From Eledone cirrhosa (lineage: Eukaryota): 64,000 bases of DNA. The position numbers and the translations under genes are program-made. The DNA lies in contig OZ024740.1 in the NCBI GenBank assembly GCA_964016885.1, positions 94,984,001 through 95,048,000 on the forward strand. Reading direction: 5' to 3'. The notes below the pieces were generated by a model. The model did not search any database. It had not been told where the DNA came from and worked only from the letters and a program-made list of their open reading frames with translations. Shown here in pieces: positions 42,077 to 54,555 of the stretch (the stretch's first letter is position 1; each line of letters opens with the position of its first letter).

Positions 42077-45000
42077 ATGACCTCACTCAGAATAGGCAGC
42101 ATAAATGCGCGTGGCTTGGGGTCGTCATGGAAGCAGGGTCACCTGCTCAACGACCTCAGGTCACTAAACATAGATGTAGTGGCCATCAGCGAGACCAGAA
42201 TCTCCGAAGCACGGGCCTTCGCACCGATCTTCGGCGGCTACGATGTGTACGCATCTCCCAGCCGTCCTGGATCGGGTGGAGGAGTTGCTGTGCTTTTTCG
42301 GAGAGGTTTGGATCTCGCCATACGGGCCATCTTCCTGGACCCAGAGGGTAAGCTGGTGATGCTGGACGTGACCAGCGGAGACGGGCAAGCTTTCAGGCTA
42401 GTGGCCGTCTATGCCCCGACAGGAGCAGGGCGGCCTGATTTCTTCCGGCGTCTGGAGACCTTTCTTGGAACGTCCCGCTCTTTAGTGTTAGTGGGCGACT
42501 GGAACGGGATCTTAGATGCACGCTGGGACTGTGTGGGATTAGCGGATAGGGGTGGAGGGTGCAAGAGCCTCACCAACCTGCTCAGGCGTTTTGAACTGTC
42601 TGACAGGTACCGATTGGATTTCCCGAATGTGCCAATGTGGACTTGGACAAACCGCATAGGGTCATCCAGATCATATCTAGATAGAGTATTTTGTAGGGAA
42701 ATAGATAGTTCTAGCATAGGCTGTCCACAATTCAAGATAGTCAGCTACACGGACCACAAATTCGTGACCTGTGTGCTTGACTTAGATAGGCTTCATAGAC
42801 GAGGACCCGGCTACTGGAAGCTAAACGCGTCCTTACCAGCGCGCAAGGCCTACAGAGACCGGATTAGCGAACTAGTTAAGCGGGCGTTGACGGGGGCCAT
42901 CGTCAACAACAAGTGGTGGTTTGCTCTGAAAAGAGCGATTAGAATAGAATCCATTAGGTTTAGTAAGGCTTTAGCAATAGAGAAAAATAGAGCAGAGGGA
43001 GAACTAGTTAGAAAATTAGACGAGGCGCTTAGCAAAGGCATTGCGACCGACGTGCTTGCGGCGAAATTGGCCCTTGACCAATTCTTCAATGCAAAGCACG
43101 AAGGCTGCGTTGTCAGAGCTAGGGTGCGTGCTCTCAGACACGAGGGGACGAAAGCCGTTCAATGGGCCCGAGTGGCGGAGGCGCGTCGTGGCAACAAAGC
43201 CACGATCCGGTCTTTGGTGGACCACGACGGGCGCATGCTACTCGATCCCGGGCAAATGTGTGAAGCTTTTCAGCGACACTTCGCTCAGCTGTTCGGGGGC
43301 AGCGGGGGGCCGGGTAGAGGGATGGACTTTAGTGTCTACCTCGACGGACTGCCGCGGCTCTCGGCCACTGAGGCGAAGTGTTGCGAAAAGCCGATAACAG
43401 CCGCTGAAGTACGGGAGGCAATGACTGGCTGCACAAGGGGTAAATCGCCTGGTTTGGATGGTCTGCCCTATGAACTTTACGTACAGATGCCAGACTTGTT
43501 CGGAGGCCTCTTGGCGGACGGCTACTGCAACTGGCAACAGAACGGGAGAATTCCCAGTTCTGTGAGCCGAGGAGCGGTGGCACTGCTGAGAAAGGATCCG
43601 AACAAGGGGGATAACATAGACAATTTCCGGCCCATAACTCTGCTAAACACAGAGTTTAAGATTTTGGCCAAGGTGCTAGCAAAGAGGTTGGCGCTTGTCG
43701 TTGGTGGTCTGGTGGGAGAGGCGCAGACATGCGCCATTCCCGACAGATCCATCCACGACAACCTCCACCTCATGCGATACATCGTAGAGAGGGTAGCTAG
43801 GGAACCTGGCACGGGTGGGTCCTTGATCAATTTAGATCAGTCGAAAGCTTTCGATAGGGTCGACCATCGTTACCTAGCGGCAGTCCTGAGGGCGGCTGGC
43901 TTTGGGCCCGTCTTCAGAGGCTGGATCGCTGCCATGCACAGCGACATCTGCTCTGTAGTGAGAGTGAACGGTCACCTGTCGGAACCGTTCAACATCATGC
44001 GCTCGGTCCGCCAAGGATGTCCCCTCTCGTCCCTCTTGTACGTATTGACTCTCGAGCCATTACTGCACAAACTGGAGACGTTGAGGGGAGTCCCGCGCGA
44101 ACTAGGATGCGGAAGATCCGTGTCAGCATATGCGGACGATGTCACCGTAGTGGTGTCGAACGCCAAACACATCGAGGCGATCGGCACTACACTAAGAGAA
44201 TACGAAGCGGTGACAGGAGCAATGATCAACCAGGAAAAGTCAGTGGGCCTGCAGCTCGGCACCTGGAGAGGCAGGTCCATGCCGTCCAACAGCGTCGTCG
44301 GGCGCTGGACGGACGGACCGGTTAAATTGCTAGGGGTCTGGTTCGGTCCGGACCTCCAGACGGACAAAAACTGGGACGAGGTGACGAGCAGGGTGGCTTC
44401 TCTCACCCAGAAATGGGCGGAGAGGAAGCTATCCCTGAAAGGTCGAGCGGAGATGGCTAACGCGTACATCGCGTCTGTCATCTGCTACCGCCTAACCGTC
44501 GTACCTTGTCCTAAGCCTCGCCTGACTGCGCTGGAGCGTTTGCTCTTTCGCTTTTTGTGGAAGGGACGTGCTCCGATGGTCAGGCGGTCCATCTGCTGTC
44601 AACACCCGCTACGTGGAGGGCTGGGCATGCCGTGGCTGATGATGCGCAGGCACGCGCTCAGGCTACGACATCTCCACCTCTTCCTCGACGGTGATCAGGT
44701 GTGGTCGCCGTTTGCTAGACGCGTTTTTCCCCAGCTCGTTTCCTTGACGGAGCTGCAGTCCTGGGTCAAGCGAAGACCAAGAGGGAGCGCCTGGAGACTG
44801 GAATGTCTTCAGGCGCTCACAGCCCTCGACCAATCGGGCAATGTGATCGGTGGAAACTCCACCTCGGCGTTCTATAGAGGATTAGTGGAGGGGAAGAGCG
44901 ACGACGTACTTGGGGAAACTCTAGGCGTCGACGAAAATCAACTAGCCAATCTCTTCGGAAGAACTTTCGGGCCAGGGCCTATGGACAACTTCCAGAAATC

Positions 45001-45496
45001 TCTGGCCTGGCAGTGCTACCGAGGAGCCTTGCCAGTTCGGGATAAACTCTACAGGCATGGAGGTGCCGTCAGCCGGGCATGTCCGAGATGCGCGCAGGGC
45101 GACGAAACCGTCCTGCACGCACTCGTCCAGTGTCCGAAAATTGCTGACTTGTGGGTTTATGTCGAACACCTGCTGTCGCGTTTAGGACGGATCCAGCTAT
45201 CATCTGAGTCCATCGTGAGGATTGCCCCGCCCTCCTCCTTTAGCCGGGAAGGGCAGGCAGTTTTTATCTGTCTGGTGGCCATGGCGAAAGAGATAGTATG
45301 GTGGACACGTTTGAAAGGGCTGAAGACGAGCACTTACCTCTTCGGTGATGCTCTGATTGACTTTTTCAAATTTCATTTGAAAAGGAAAATCAGAGTAGAG
45401 AGGGAAGTGCTCTCTTCCCAGCATTTTGTTGAAAGATGGGTGAGAGAAGCAAGAATGGCCCGAGTGAATGGGCCGACTCTGAGTATATATCTGTAA
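42077..45496 (+). CDS. ORF2: APE endonuclease + reverse transcriptase + C-terminal zinc knuckle (Tx1/L1 clade), 1139 aa
   Basis: SINARGL, ISET, VYAP, GDWN, YLDR, TDH, YWKLN, SPGLDG, FRPITLLN, DQSKAFDRVDH, RQGCPLS, YADD, GGLG, CPRC..ETVLHALVQC. Confidence 0.96.
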   Translation: MTSLRIGSINARGLGSSWKQGHLLNDLRSLNIDVVAISETRISEARAFAPIFGGYDVYASPSRPGSGGGVAVLFRRGLDLAIRAIFLDPEGKLVMLDVTSGDGQAFRLVAVYAPTGAGRPDFFRRLETFLGTSRSLVLVGDWNGILDARWDCVGLADRGGGCKSLTNLLRRFELSDRYRLDFPNVPMWTWTNRIGSSRSYLDRVFCREIDSSSIGCPQFKIVSYTDHKFVTCVLDLDRLHRRGPGYWKLNASLPARKAYRDRISELVKRALTGAIVNNKWWFALKRAIRIESIRFSKALAIEKNRAEGELVRKLDEALSKGIATDVLAAKLALDQFFNAKHEGCVVRARVRALRHEGTKAVQWARVAEARRGNKATIRSLVDHDGRMLLDPGQMCEAFQRHFAQLFGGSGGPGRGMDFSVYLDGLPRLSATEAKCCEKPITAAEVREAMTGCTRGKSPGLDGLPYELYVQMPDLFGGLLADGYCNWQQNGRIPSSVSRGAVALLRKDPNKGDNIDNFRPITLLNTEFKILAKVLAKRLALVVGGLVGEAQTCAIPDRSIHDNLHLMRYIVERVAREPGTGGSLINLDQSKAFDRVDHRYLAAVLRAAGFGPVFRGWIAAMHSDICSVVRVNGHLSEPFNIMRSVRQGCPLSSLLYVLTLEPLLHKLETLRGVPRELGCGRSVSAYADDVTVVVSNAKHIEAIGTTLREYEAVTGAMINQEKSVGLQLGTWRGRSMPSNSVVGRWTDGPVKLLGVWFGPDLQTDKNWDEVTSRVASLTQKWAERKLSLKGRAEMANAYIASVICYRLTVVPCPKPRLTALERLLFRFLWKGRAPMVRRSICCQHPLRGGLGMPWLMMRRHALRLRHLHLFLDGDQVWSPFARRVFPQLVSLTELQSWVKRRPRGSAWRLECLQALTALDQSGNVIGGNSTSAFYRGLVEGKSDDVLGETLGVDENQLANLFGRTFGPGPMDNFQKSLAWQCYRGALPVRDKLYRHGGAVSRACPRCAQGDETVLHALVQCPKIADLWVYVEHLLSRLGRIQLSSESIVRIAPPSSFSREGQAVFICLVAMAKEIVWWTRLKGLKTSTYLFGDALIDFFKFHLKRKIRVEREVLSSQHFVERWVREARMARVNGPTLSIYL

Positions 45497-45755
45497 ACTA
45501 TAGGTGGAAAACTGGGAGAGGGCACTTGCCTTGGTGGTCAGGGTCATTGTGGCTTTTTACTGGGCTTTCTCCACAAATGTCCCTCCGAAGTCTCCCCCCT
45601 ATTGGGGAATTTTTCATTGTTATTTTCATTGTTATTTTTGTTACATCCTCTGTTTTTGTTTTTTACACGCAGAAATGCCCATTTGTACCGTCCTGCATTG
45701 TCCTGCACTGTCCTTAATGTCTACTTTATGTAAACCCTTGTGGTTAATAAAGAAA

Positions 45756-45831
<76 letters not shown>

Positions 45832-45866
45832 AGTTGCATTTATCTTGCTTTATGTACATACGAGTT
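45832..45866 (-). mobile_element. ~35-bp extreme 3' end of Dong-like family A
   Basis: agttgcatttatcttgctttatgtacatacgagttat matches 25531-25567 and is embedded in (TTA)n. Confidence 0.85.
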
Positions 45867-45895
45867 ATTATTATTATTATTATTATTGTTGTTAT

Positions 45896-47139
45896 TCCTT
45901 GAATCTCAGTCATTGATGTTGGTTAACTGAAAAGTCCGTTGGATTGAATATCAAGCCACTACATGCAGCCTCAGATATTCAGGACGTATCGGAGGGTTTT
46001 TGCTGTTCCAAGCAAGCATGCGTTTTGAAGCGTTCCAAAAAGCGTGAAGGGGCCGATTTTCTTTAACCATCCCTGGAAACTTTTGGAGATAGTCCCCAGT
46101 GCGCCTATGACAATCGGGATCACTTTGACTTCATAGCAGTTCCAAATCCTTCTCACCTCCCACTTTAGGTCCTGGTATCGGTTAAATTTCTCCCTCTCCT
46201 TCTCTTGCACTCTCGTGTCGAACGGGCAGGCCACATCCACAATCAGACACGATCTTTTTTCTTTGTCCACAACCACCAGGTCAGGTCTATTGTGTTCCAG
46301 TTTTTTGTCCGTCTGTATCCTAAAATCCCACAGCACCTTCACCTGATTGTTCTCCATCATCGCCTCTGGCCTCTGCTCATACCATTTCTCACAATGTGGT
46401 AAATTGTTTACTTTGCACAGGTGCCAGTGGATCACCCTGCCCATCACATCGTGTCTCCAGCCTTTATAGTGGGTCTGGGCTAGGTGTTTACACTCGGACA
46501 CAATGTGAGCCACAGTCTCCTCTCCCTCTCCACAGATCCTGCACAGTGGGCTAGCCTCCTCCTTGTAGATATGGTGCTTCAACCACTTCGTTTTGAGGGT
46601 CTGCTCCTGCGCAGCCATTAGCATTCCTTCTGTAGCCTTTTTGAGGTCTCCTCTTCTCAACCAGTTCCATGTCTGTGGATCTCTAAATTCAGTTTTCTCA
46701 AAGAAGGTACTATGAAGGGTATTCCCTTAAGGCTGATCTTCCTCCTTGATGTTATTTCCTCCTTGGACATCCCCTGGCCTACTGTCCCCTCCTTCAGTAC
46801 AGTTCTGAGCATTGGCTCCTTACTATAGGTCACGTATTTGTATAGGTTGTTTTTCTCCATCTGAACACAGTCCTCTATGCTGATAAGACCTCTTCCACCC
46901 TCAGATCTCCTTAGGTAGAGTCTATCGACATCACTCCTCTTGTGGAACATGTTGTAGATAGTCAATAGCTTCCTAGTCTTCCTATCCATTTCTTTTTGTT
47001 CAGCAACATTCCATCTCAGAATTCCCGCACTGTACCTAATAATAGACACAGCTCGGGAATTTACTGCGCTTATGGCATTTCTGCTGTTCAGATGTGACTT
47101 CAATACGCTCCTTACTCTCCGAATGTATTCAGTTCTTAA
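45896..47139 (-). mobile_element. R4/Dong-like family B copy 3, 5'-truncated, one frameshift
   Basis: Near-identical to 34504-35750. ORFs 45971-46660 and 46657-47103. Confidence 0.92.
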
Positions 47140-47153
47140 TAATAATAATAATA

Positions 47154-47207
<54 letters not shown>

Positions 47208-48712
47208 GGCGACATACGTAGTAAATCCTATTATCGTGAGCTCCGCAAATTTTGTTATTTTCAGTTGTTTCATATTGTCATTATTGGAAAATGTTTATTG
47301 TTAACTGTATATAAGTGCACATACATTGTTTTCTGAAAAGGACACTAAAAATGTTGGGGTCCTGAGCCCAAAATTTATATTTTATAATTATCAAACTAAA
47401 CATAAATTTCTTTAGAAAATCATGGCCGACTCACAGCTGAACCCAGTGCGCTGAGAGCCTTTCTCACAAACTAACACCTCACAACGACACCACCATTGTA
47501 AATATTACTACCTTTGCCAACACTACAAATATAACAGTAGCAATATCTTAAATTTGTCTCAGGCAGACATTCATTTCCCACCATTACCAATGACTGCAGG
47601 TGTCGAAGACGCCACCCCCACCACCACCACAGCGACAACAGAAACAAAATAAAAAAATAAATTATCTCGTGATATCGAAACGAATTCAGCCAAAATGAAC
47701 TCTTCTACAGCGAACAGCACTAACGTCACCTCCACCACAACTGAAACTAAAATTAACAATAACAAAAATAACCATAACAACAACAGCAACAATGAAATTA
47801 AGAAAACAACTCTGTATTTTGCCAGAGTAGCAAAATAGTGCGAAGCATTCCAGATAACTCAGGAGGAATTAGAAGAATCCAAACAAATTTAAAGCAAGAT
47901 GGGTACAGGGTCAGGACCTAACACACACACACCTAATAAAATAGAGCATCGGCCTATGGACAAATTCCAGAAATCCCTGACCTGGCCGCGCCACCGAGGA
48001 GCCTTGCCAGTTCGGGATAAACTCTACAGGCATTGAGGTGCCGTAAGCGGGGAATGTCCGAGTTGCGCACAGGGCGACGAGACCGTCCTGCACGCACTCG
48101 TTCAGTGTCCGAGAATTTCTGACTTGTGGGTTTATGTCGAACATCTGCTGTCGTGTGTAGGACGGATCCGGCTATCAGCTGAGTCCATTGTGAGGATTAC
48201 CCCGCCATCTTCCTTTAGCCGGGAAGGGCAGTCAGTTTTAACCTGTCTGGTGGTCATGGCTAAAGAGATAGTATGGTGGACACGTTTGAAAGGGCTGAAG
48301 ACGAGCACTTACCTCTTCGGTGATGCTCTGATTGACTTTTTCAAATTTCATTTGAAACGGAAAATAAAGGTAGAGAGGGAAGTCCTCTCTTCCCAGCATG
48401 TTGTTGAAATATGGGTAAGAGAAGCAAGAATGGCCCGAGTGAATGGGCCTACTCTGAGTATGTGTCTGTAAATTAAAGGTGGAAAATTGGAGAGGACACT
48501 TGCCCTGGTGGTCAGGGCCACTGTGGTCTTTTAATGGGCTTTCTCCACTAATGTACCTCGGACGTCTCCCAACTATTGGGGAATTTTTCATTGTTATTTT
48601 TTTTATTACATTCTCTGTTTCTGTTTTTTACACACAGAAATGCCCATTTGTACCGTCCTGCATTGTACTTAATGTCTACTTCATCTAAACCCTTGTGGTT
48701 AATAAAGAAAGC
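47208..48712 (+). mobile_element. Internally deleted Tx1-like element (both ends retained)
   Basis: The 5' end matches 28364. ORF1 joins the ORF2 3' part at ~47952-47958, followed by 3'UTR and AATAAA. Confidence 0.9.
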
Positions 48713-48740
48713 AATATTATTGACGTTGCTGTTGTTTTTG

Positions 48741-48773
<33 letters not shown>

Positions 48774-48783
48774 TTATTATTGT

Positions 48784-51700
48784 TGTTAACTCTATATAAG
48801 TGCACATACATTGTTATCTGAAAAGGACACCCAAAAAGATTGGGGCCTTGAGCCCAAAATTTAAACTTTTATAATTATCAAACAAAAATTTTTCTTTGAA
48901 AAATCATGGCTAACTCAGAGTAACTCCTTTCTCACAAACTAACATCTCAGACCGACACCACCATTGTAAATTTTACTACGTTTGCAAACACTAATAATAT
49001 AAACATTAGCAATATTTTAAATTTGTCTCAGGCAGACATTCCTTTCCCGCCATTACCAATGACTGCAGGTGTTAAAGCTGCCACCAACATCACCACCACC
49101 AACGCGACACCCACCACCCCCATCACTACCGCGACAACGGAAACAAAAGAAACAAATAGATTACCTCGTGATATCGAAATTAATTCAACTAAAATGAACT
49201 CTTCCACACCGAACACCACTGATGCCACCACCACCACAACTGAAACTAAAATTAATAATAACAAAAATAACGATAACAACAACAGCAACAATGACATTAA
49301 GAAAACCACCCTGAGTTTTGCCAGAGTAGCAAAAGAGCATTTCAGGTAACTCGGGAGGAATTAGAAGAAGCCAAACAAATGGTAAAGAAAGATGGGTACA
49401 GGGTCATCACCTCCCCCCCCCCACCACCGCCTAATAAAATGGAGCATCGGCGCCTATGCAGCGTGTTTTATCGAACAATTAATATAAAATCGCGCCGACT
49501 GGAACGGGCATCCGAGTCCCAAATCCAAAAAAGCTTTGGGACATGTGTGGGCAAAAAAACCCCACATCAGACGTGTGCAGAAGTATGGAACCGTGGACGT
49601 GTTCTTTGAAACACCACAGGAGTCTAAAGAACACTCTATGGCCCCATTAAGAAGTGACGACTTCACACTCGTCCCAAGCTATTGTGGCCAGAGACTCGTA
49701 AATACCAGGTTCACCCACGTTCCACCGGCCATCGAACTCCCTGGCTAATAGCTGCCGTCCTCTCCGACATCGAATCCAACACCAAGATGATCGAAATAGC
49801 GAAAAAAAAGCAGGAGAACTGGTCCGGATCTGGGATGAGCTCCTGATCCAAGCGGACCAAAAAAGCATTGAGCAGATCCCAGAGGTAATAGACCTCACTG
49901 ACGGCAGCCACCTCACCGTAATTGTCGAGGGAAGGCCTAGGTGTGTCGTTTGTGCTGAAGGAATCCACCTAAGGGCTTTCTGCCCTCAGGCTAAAAGGAT
50001 AAGGCCACCTCTCCTACCCACGTCAGTGACTCAACCATCAAAACCCCCAGCAGCAGAGATGGCAGCAACAACTGTAGCAGCAACAACAGAAGCAACTGTA
50101 ACAGCAACAACCCTAGCAACAGTAGCAAAACCAACACCAGCACCACCCAACGCGCCAGAACTAGCACCAGCGCCTACACCATCCACCACGCCACCACCAA
50201 AATAAACGCCTGTGGAGGATTTTCCGCTACCCGGCCTATCACAACTGGAGACAGATTGTGACGACGAGGAGTGGGAAACGGTATCACCAAAAGAGATAAG
50301 AAGAAACCAAAAAAGAAAAAAGTATCTTCCTTCCCGCTCCAAAAACAAAATACAGAGGGAAATAAATAAACTGTCAAACAAAAAAAGTTAGGACAGTAAT
50401 GCCACCATCCACATCGGTATCACCAACACCATCTACCCAAACACCAACACCATTACCATCATTAACCCCAACACCACCATCACCTACACCACAAAAGTCA
50501 CCAAAAAACGAAACAGAAACAAACCCACAACAAACGCAAACAAAACAAAACAACCAAAACGATACACACTATACAGCATTAAATTTGAACAACAAACAAT
50601 TATTACACTACATCCAACACAACACCAGCATCACAGAAAAATACTACACAACAAACCAAAAGTTCACACCAACGCTACACTTAAAAATCACTCACATCAC
50701 ACAGAACACGTACATGACACTAAAACAAAAATTTCCCTAAGACATCGGAGACATCGACAGCACTCTCCAGGAGGATTTATAAGGGCATCCTCCCGAGGAG
50801 GCCACATGCAGTGAAAAGGATGGAGAAACCGTCCTTCCTCTACGATAAGCAAGGTAAGTGTTTTTTCCCATCTTTTCCACTCCAGTTCAACATGACCTCA
50901 CTCAGAATAGGCAGCATAAATGCGTGTGGCTTGGGGTCGTCATGGAATCAGCGCCACCTGCTCAACAACCTCAGGTCACTAAACATGTAGTGGCCATCAG
51001 CGAAACCAGAATCTCCGAAGCACGGGCATTGGCACCGATCTTCGGCGGCTACGATGTGTACGCATCTCCCCGCCGTCCGGGATCTGGGAGTGGAGTTGCT
51101 GTGCTTTTATGGAGAGGTTTGGTTCTTGCCATACGGGCCATCTTCCTGGACCCAGAAGGTAAGTTGGTGGTGCTGGACGTGACCAGCGGAGACGGGAAAG
51201 CTCTCAGGTTAGTGGCCGCCTATGCCCCGATAGGAGCAGGGCGACCTGATTTCCCACGGCGTCTGGAGACCTTTCTTGGAACGTCCCGCTCTTTAGTGTT
51301 AGTGGGCGACTGGAACGGGATCTTGGATGCACGCTGGGACTGTGTGGGATTAGTGGATAGGGAAGGAGGGTGCAAGAGTCTCACCAACCTGCTCAGGCGT
51401 GTTGAACTGTTTGACAGGTACCGATTGGATTTTCCGAATGTGCCAATGTGGACTTGGACAAATCTCATAGGTTCATCCAGATCATATCTAGATAGAGTAT
51501 TTTATAGTGAAATAGACAGGTCTAGCATAGGCTGTCCACAATTCAAGATAGTCAACTACACGGACCACAAATTCGTGATCTGTCTGCTTGACTTAGATAG
51601 GCTTCATAGACGAGGACCCGGCTACTGGAAGCTAAATACGTCCTTACCGGTGAGCAAGGCCTACAGAGACCGGATGAGCTAACTAACTAAGCGGGCGTTG

Positions 51701-54551
51701 ACGGAGCCATCGTCAACAACAAGTAGTGGTTTGCTCTGAAAAAGCAATTAGACTAGAGTCCATTAGGTTTAGTAACATTTTAGCAATAGAGAAATATAAA
51801 GCAGAGAGAGAATTAGATAGAAAATTAGACGAGGCGCTTAGCAAAGGCATCGCGACCGACGTCTTGCGGCGGAATTGGCCCTTGACCAATTCTTCAATGC
51901 AAAGCACGAAGGCTGCGTTGTCAGAGCAAGGGTGCGTGCTCTCAGAGACGAGGGGACGAAAGCCGTTCAATGGGCCCGAGTGGCGGAGGCGCGTCGTGGC
52001 AACAAAGCCACGATCCGGTCTTTGGTGGACCACGACGGGCGCATGCTACTCGATCCCGGGCAAATGTGTGAAGCTTTCAGCGGCACTTCGTATAGCTGTG
52101 CGGTGGCAGCTGCGGGCCGGATCGAGGGATGGACTTTAGTGTCTAGCTCGTCGGACTACCGCGGCTCTCGGCCACTGAGGCGGAGTGTTGCGAAAAGCCG
52201 ATAACAATCGCTGAAGTACGGGAGGCAATGACTGGCTGCACAAGGGGTAAATCGCCTGGTTTGGATGGTCTGCCCTATGAACTTTAAGTACTTATGCCAG
52301 ACTCGTTAGGAGGCCTCTTGGCGAACGTCTACTGCAACTGGCAACATAACGGGAGAATTCCCAGCTCTGTGAGCCGAGGAGTGGTGGCGCTGCTGAGAAA
52401 GGATCCGAACAAGGGGGATAACATAGATAATTTCAGGCCCATAACTCTGCTAAACACAGAGTTCAAGATTTTGGCCAAGGTGCTAGCAAAGATGTTGGAG
52501 CTTGTCGTTGGTGGTCTGGTCGGAGCGGCCCAGACATGCGCCATTCCCGACAGATCCATCCACGACATCCTCCACCACATGCGATACATCGTAGAGAGGG
52601 TAGCTAGGGAACCTGGCACGGGTGGGTCCTTGATCAATTTAGATCAGTCAAAAGCTTTCGATAGGCTCGACCATCGTTACCTAACGGCAGTCCTGACGGC
52701 GGCTGGCTGTGGGCCCATCTTCAGAGGCTGGATCGCTGCCATACACAGCGACATTTTCTCTGTGGTGAGAGTGGACGGTCACCTTTCGGAAACGTTCAAC
52801 ATCATGCGCTTGGTCCGCCAAGGATGTCCCCTCTCGTCCCTCTTGTACGTATTGACTCTCGAGCCATTACTGCACAAACTGGAGTCGTTGAGGGGGGTCT
52901 CGCGCGAACTAGGATGCGGAAGATCCGTGTCAGCATGTGCGGACGATGTCACCGTAGTGGTGTCGAACGGCAAACGCATCGAGGCGATCGGCACTACACT
53001 AAGATAATGCGAAGCGGTGACAGGAGCAATGATCAACCAGGAAAAGTCAGTTGGCCTGCAACTCGGCACCTGGAGAGGCAGGTCCATGCCATCCAACAGC
53101 GTTGTCCGGCGCTGGACGGACGGACCAGTTAAATTGCTCGGGGTCTGGTTTGTCCGGACCTCCAGACGGAGAAAAGCTGGGACGAGGTGACGAGCAGGGT
53201 AGCTTCTCTCACCCAGAAATGGGCCGTGAGGAAGCTATCCCTGAAAGGTCGAGCGGAGTGGCTAACGCGTATATCGCGTCCGTCATCTACTACCACCTGA
53301 CCGTCGTACCTTGTCCTAAGCCCCGCCTGACTGCGCTGGAGCGTTTGCTCTTTCGCTTTATGTGGACGGGACGCGCTCCACTGGTCAGGCGGTCAATCTG
53401 CTGTCAACACCCGCTACGTGGAGGGCTGGGTATGCCGTGGCTGATGATGCGCAGACACGCGCTGAGGCTACGGTATCTCCACATCTTCCTCGACGGTGAT
53501 CAGGTGTGGTCTCCGTTTGCTAGACACGTCTTTCTCCAGCTCGTCTCCTCGACGGAGATGCAGTCCTGGGTCAAGCGAAGACCGAGAGGAAGCGCTTGGA
53601 GACTGGAATGTCTTCAGGCGCTCACAGCCCTCGACCAATCGGGCAATGTGATCGGTGGAAACTCTACCTTGGCGTTCTATAGAGGATTAGTGGAGGGGAA
53701 GAGCGACGGCTTACTTGCGGAAACTCTAGTCGTCTTCGAAAATCAACTAGCCAATCTCTTCGGAAGAACTTTCGGGCCGGAGCCTATGGACAACTTCCAG
53801 ACATCCCTGGCCTGGCAGTGCTACATAGGAGCTTTGCCAGTTCGGGATAAACTCTACAGGCATGGGGGTGCCGTCAGCCAGGCATGTCCGAGATGCGCGC
53901 AGGGCGACGAAACCGTCCTGCGCACACTCGTCCAGTGTCCGAGCATTTCTGACTTGTGGGTTTATGTCGAACACCTGCAGTCGCGTGTAGGACGGATCCA
54001 GCTATCAGCTGAGTGCATCTTGAGGATTGCCCCGCCCTCTTCCTTTAGCCGGGAACTGCAGGCAGTTTTTATCTGTCTGATGGCCATGACGAAAAAGATA
54101 GTATGGTGGACACGTTTGAAAGGGCTGAAGACGAGCACTTACCTCTTCGGTGATGCCCTGATTAACTTTTTCAAATTTCATTTGAAAAGAAAAATCAGGG
54201 TAGAAAGGGAAGTGCTCTCTTCCCAGCATTTTGTTGAAAGATGGGTGAGAGAGGCAATAATGGCCCGAGTGAATGGGCCTACTCTGAGTATGTGTCTGTA
54301 AATTAAAGGTGGAAAACTGGGAGACGGCACTTGCACTGGTGGTCAGGGTCACTGTGGCTTTTTAATGGGCTTTCTCCACCAATGTCCCTCGGATGTCGCC
54401 ACCCTGTTGGGGACTGTTTTCATTGTTCTATTATTACATCCTCTGTTTCTTTTTTTTACACGCAGAAATGCCCATTTGTACCGCCCTGTATTGTCCTGTA
54501 CTGTCCTTAATGTCTACTCTATGTAAACACTTTGTTGTTAATAAAGAAATC
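48784..54551 (+). mobile_element. Tx1-like copy 3, missing the first ~90 nt, ORFs disrupted
   Basis: ORF1 (48906-50857) resembles copy 1, and ORF2 (50892-54301) carries frameshifts. Confidence 0.93.
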
Positions 54552-54555
54552 ATTG

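Larger units (their letters stand above)
39750..45757 (+). mobile_element. Tx1/L1-like non-LTR retrotransposon copy 2, apparently intact
   Basis: Two open ORFs and AATAAA at 45746. Flanked by (TTA)n on both sides. Confidence 0.96.
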
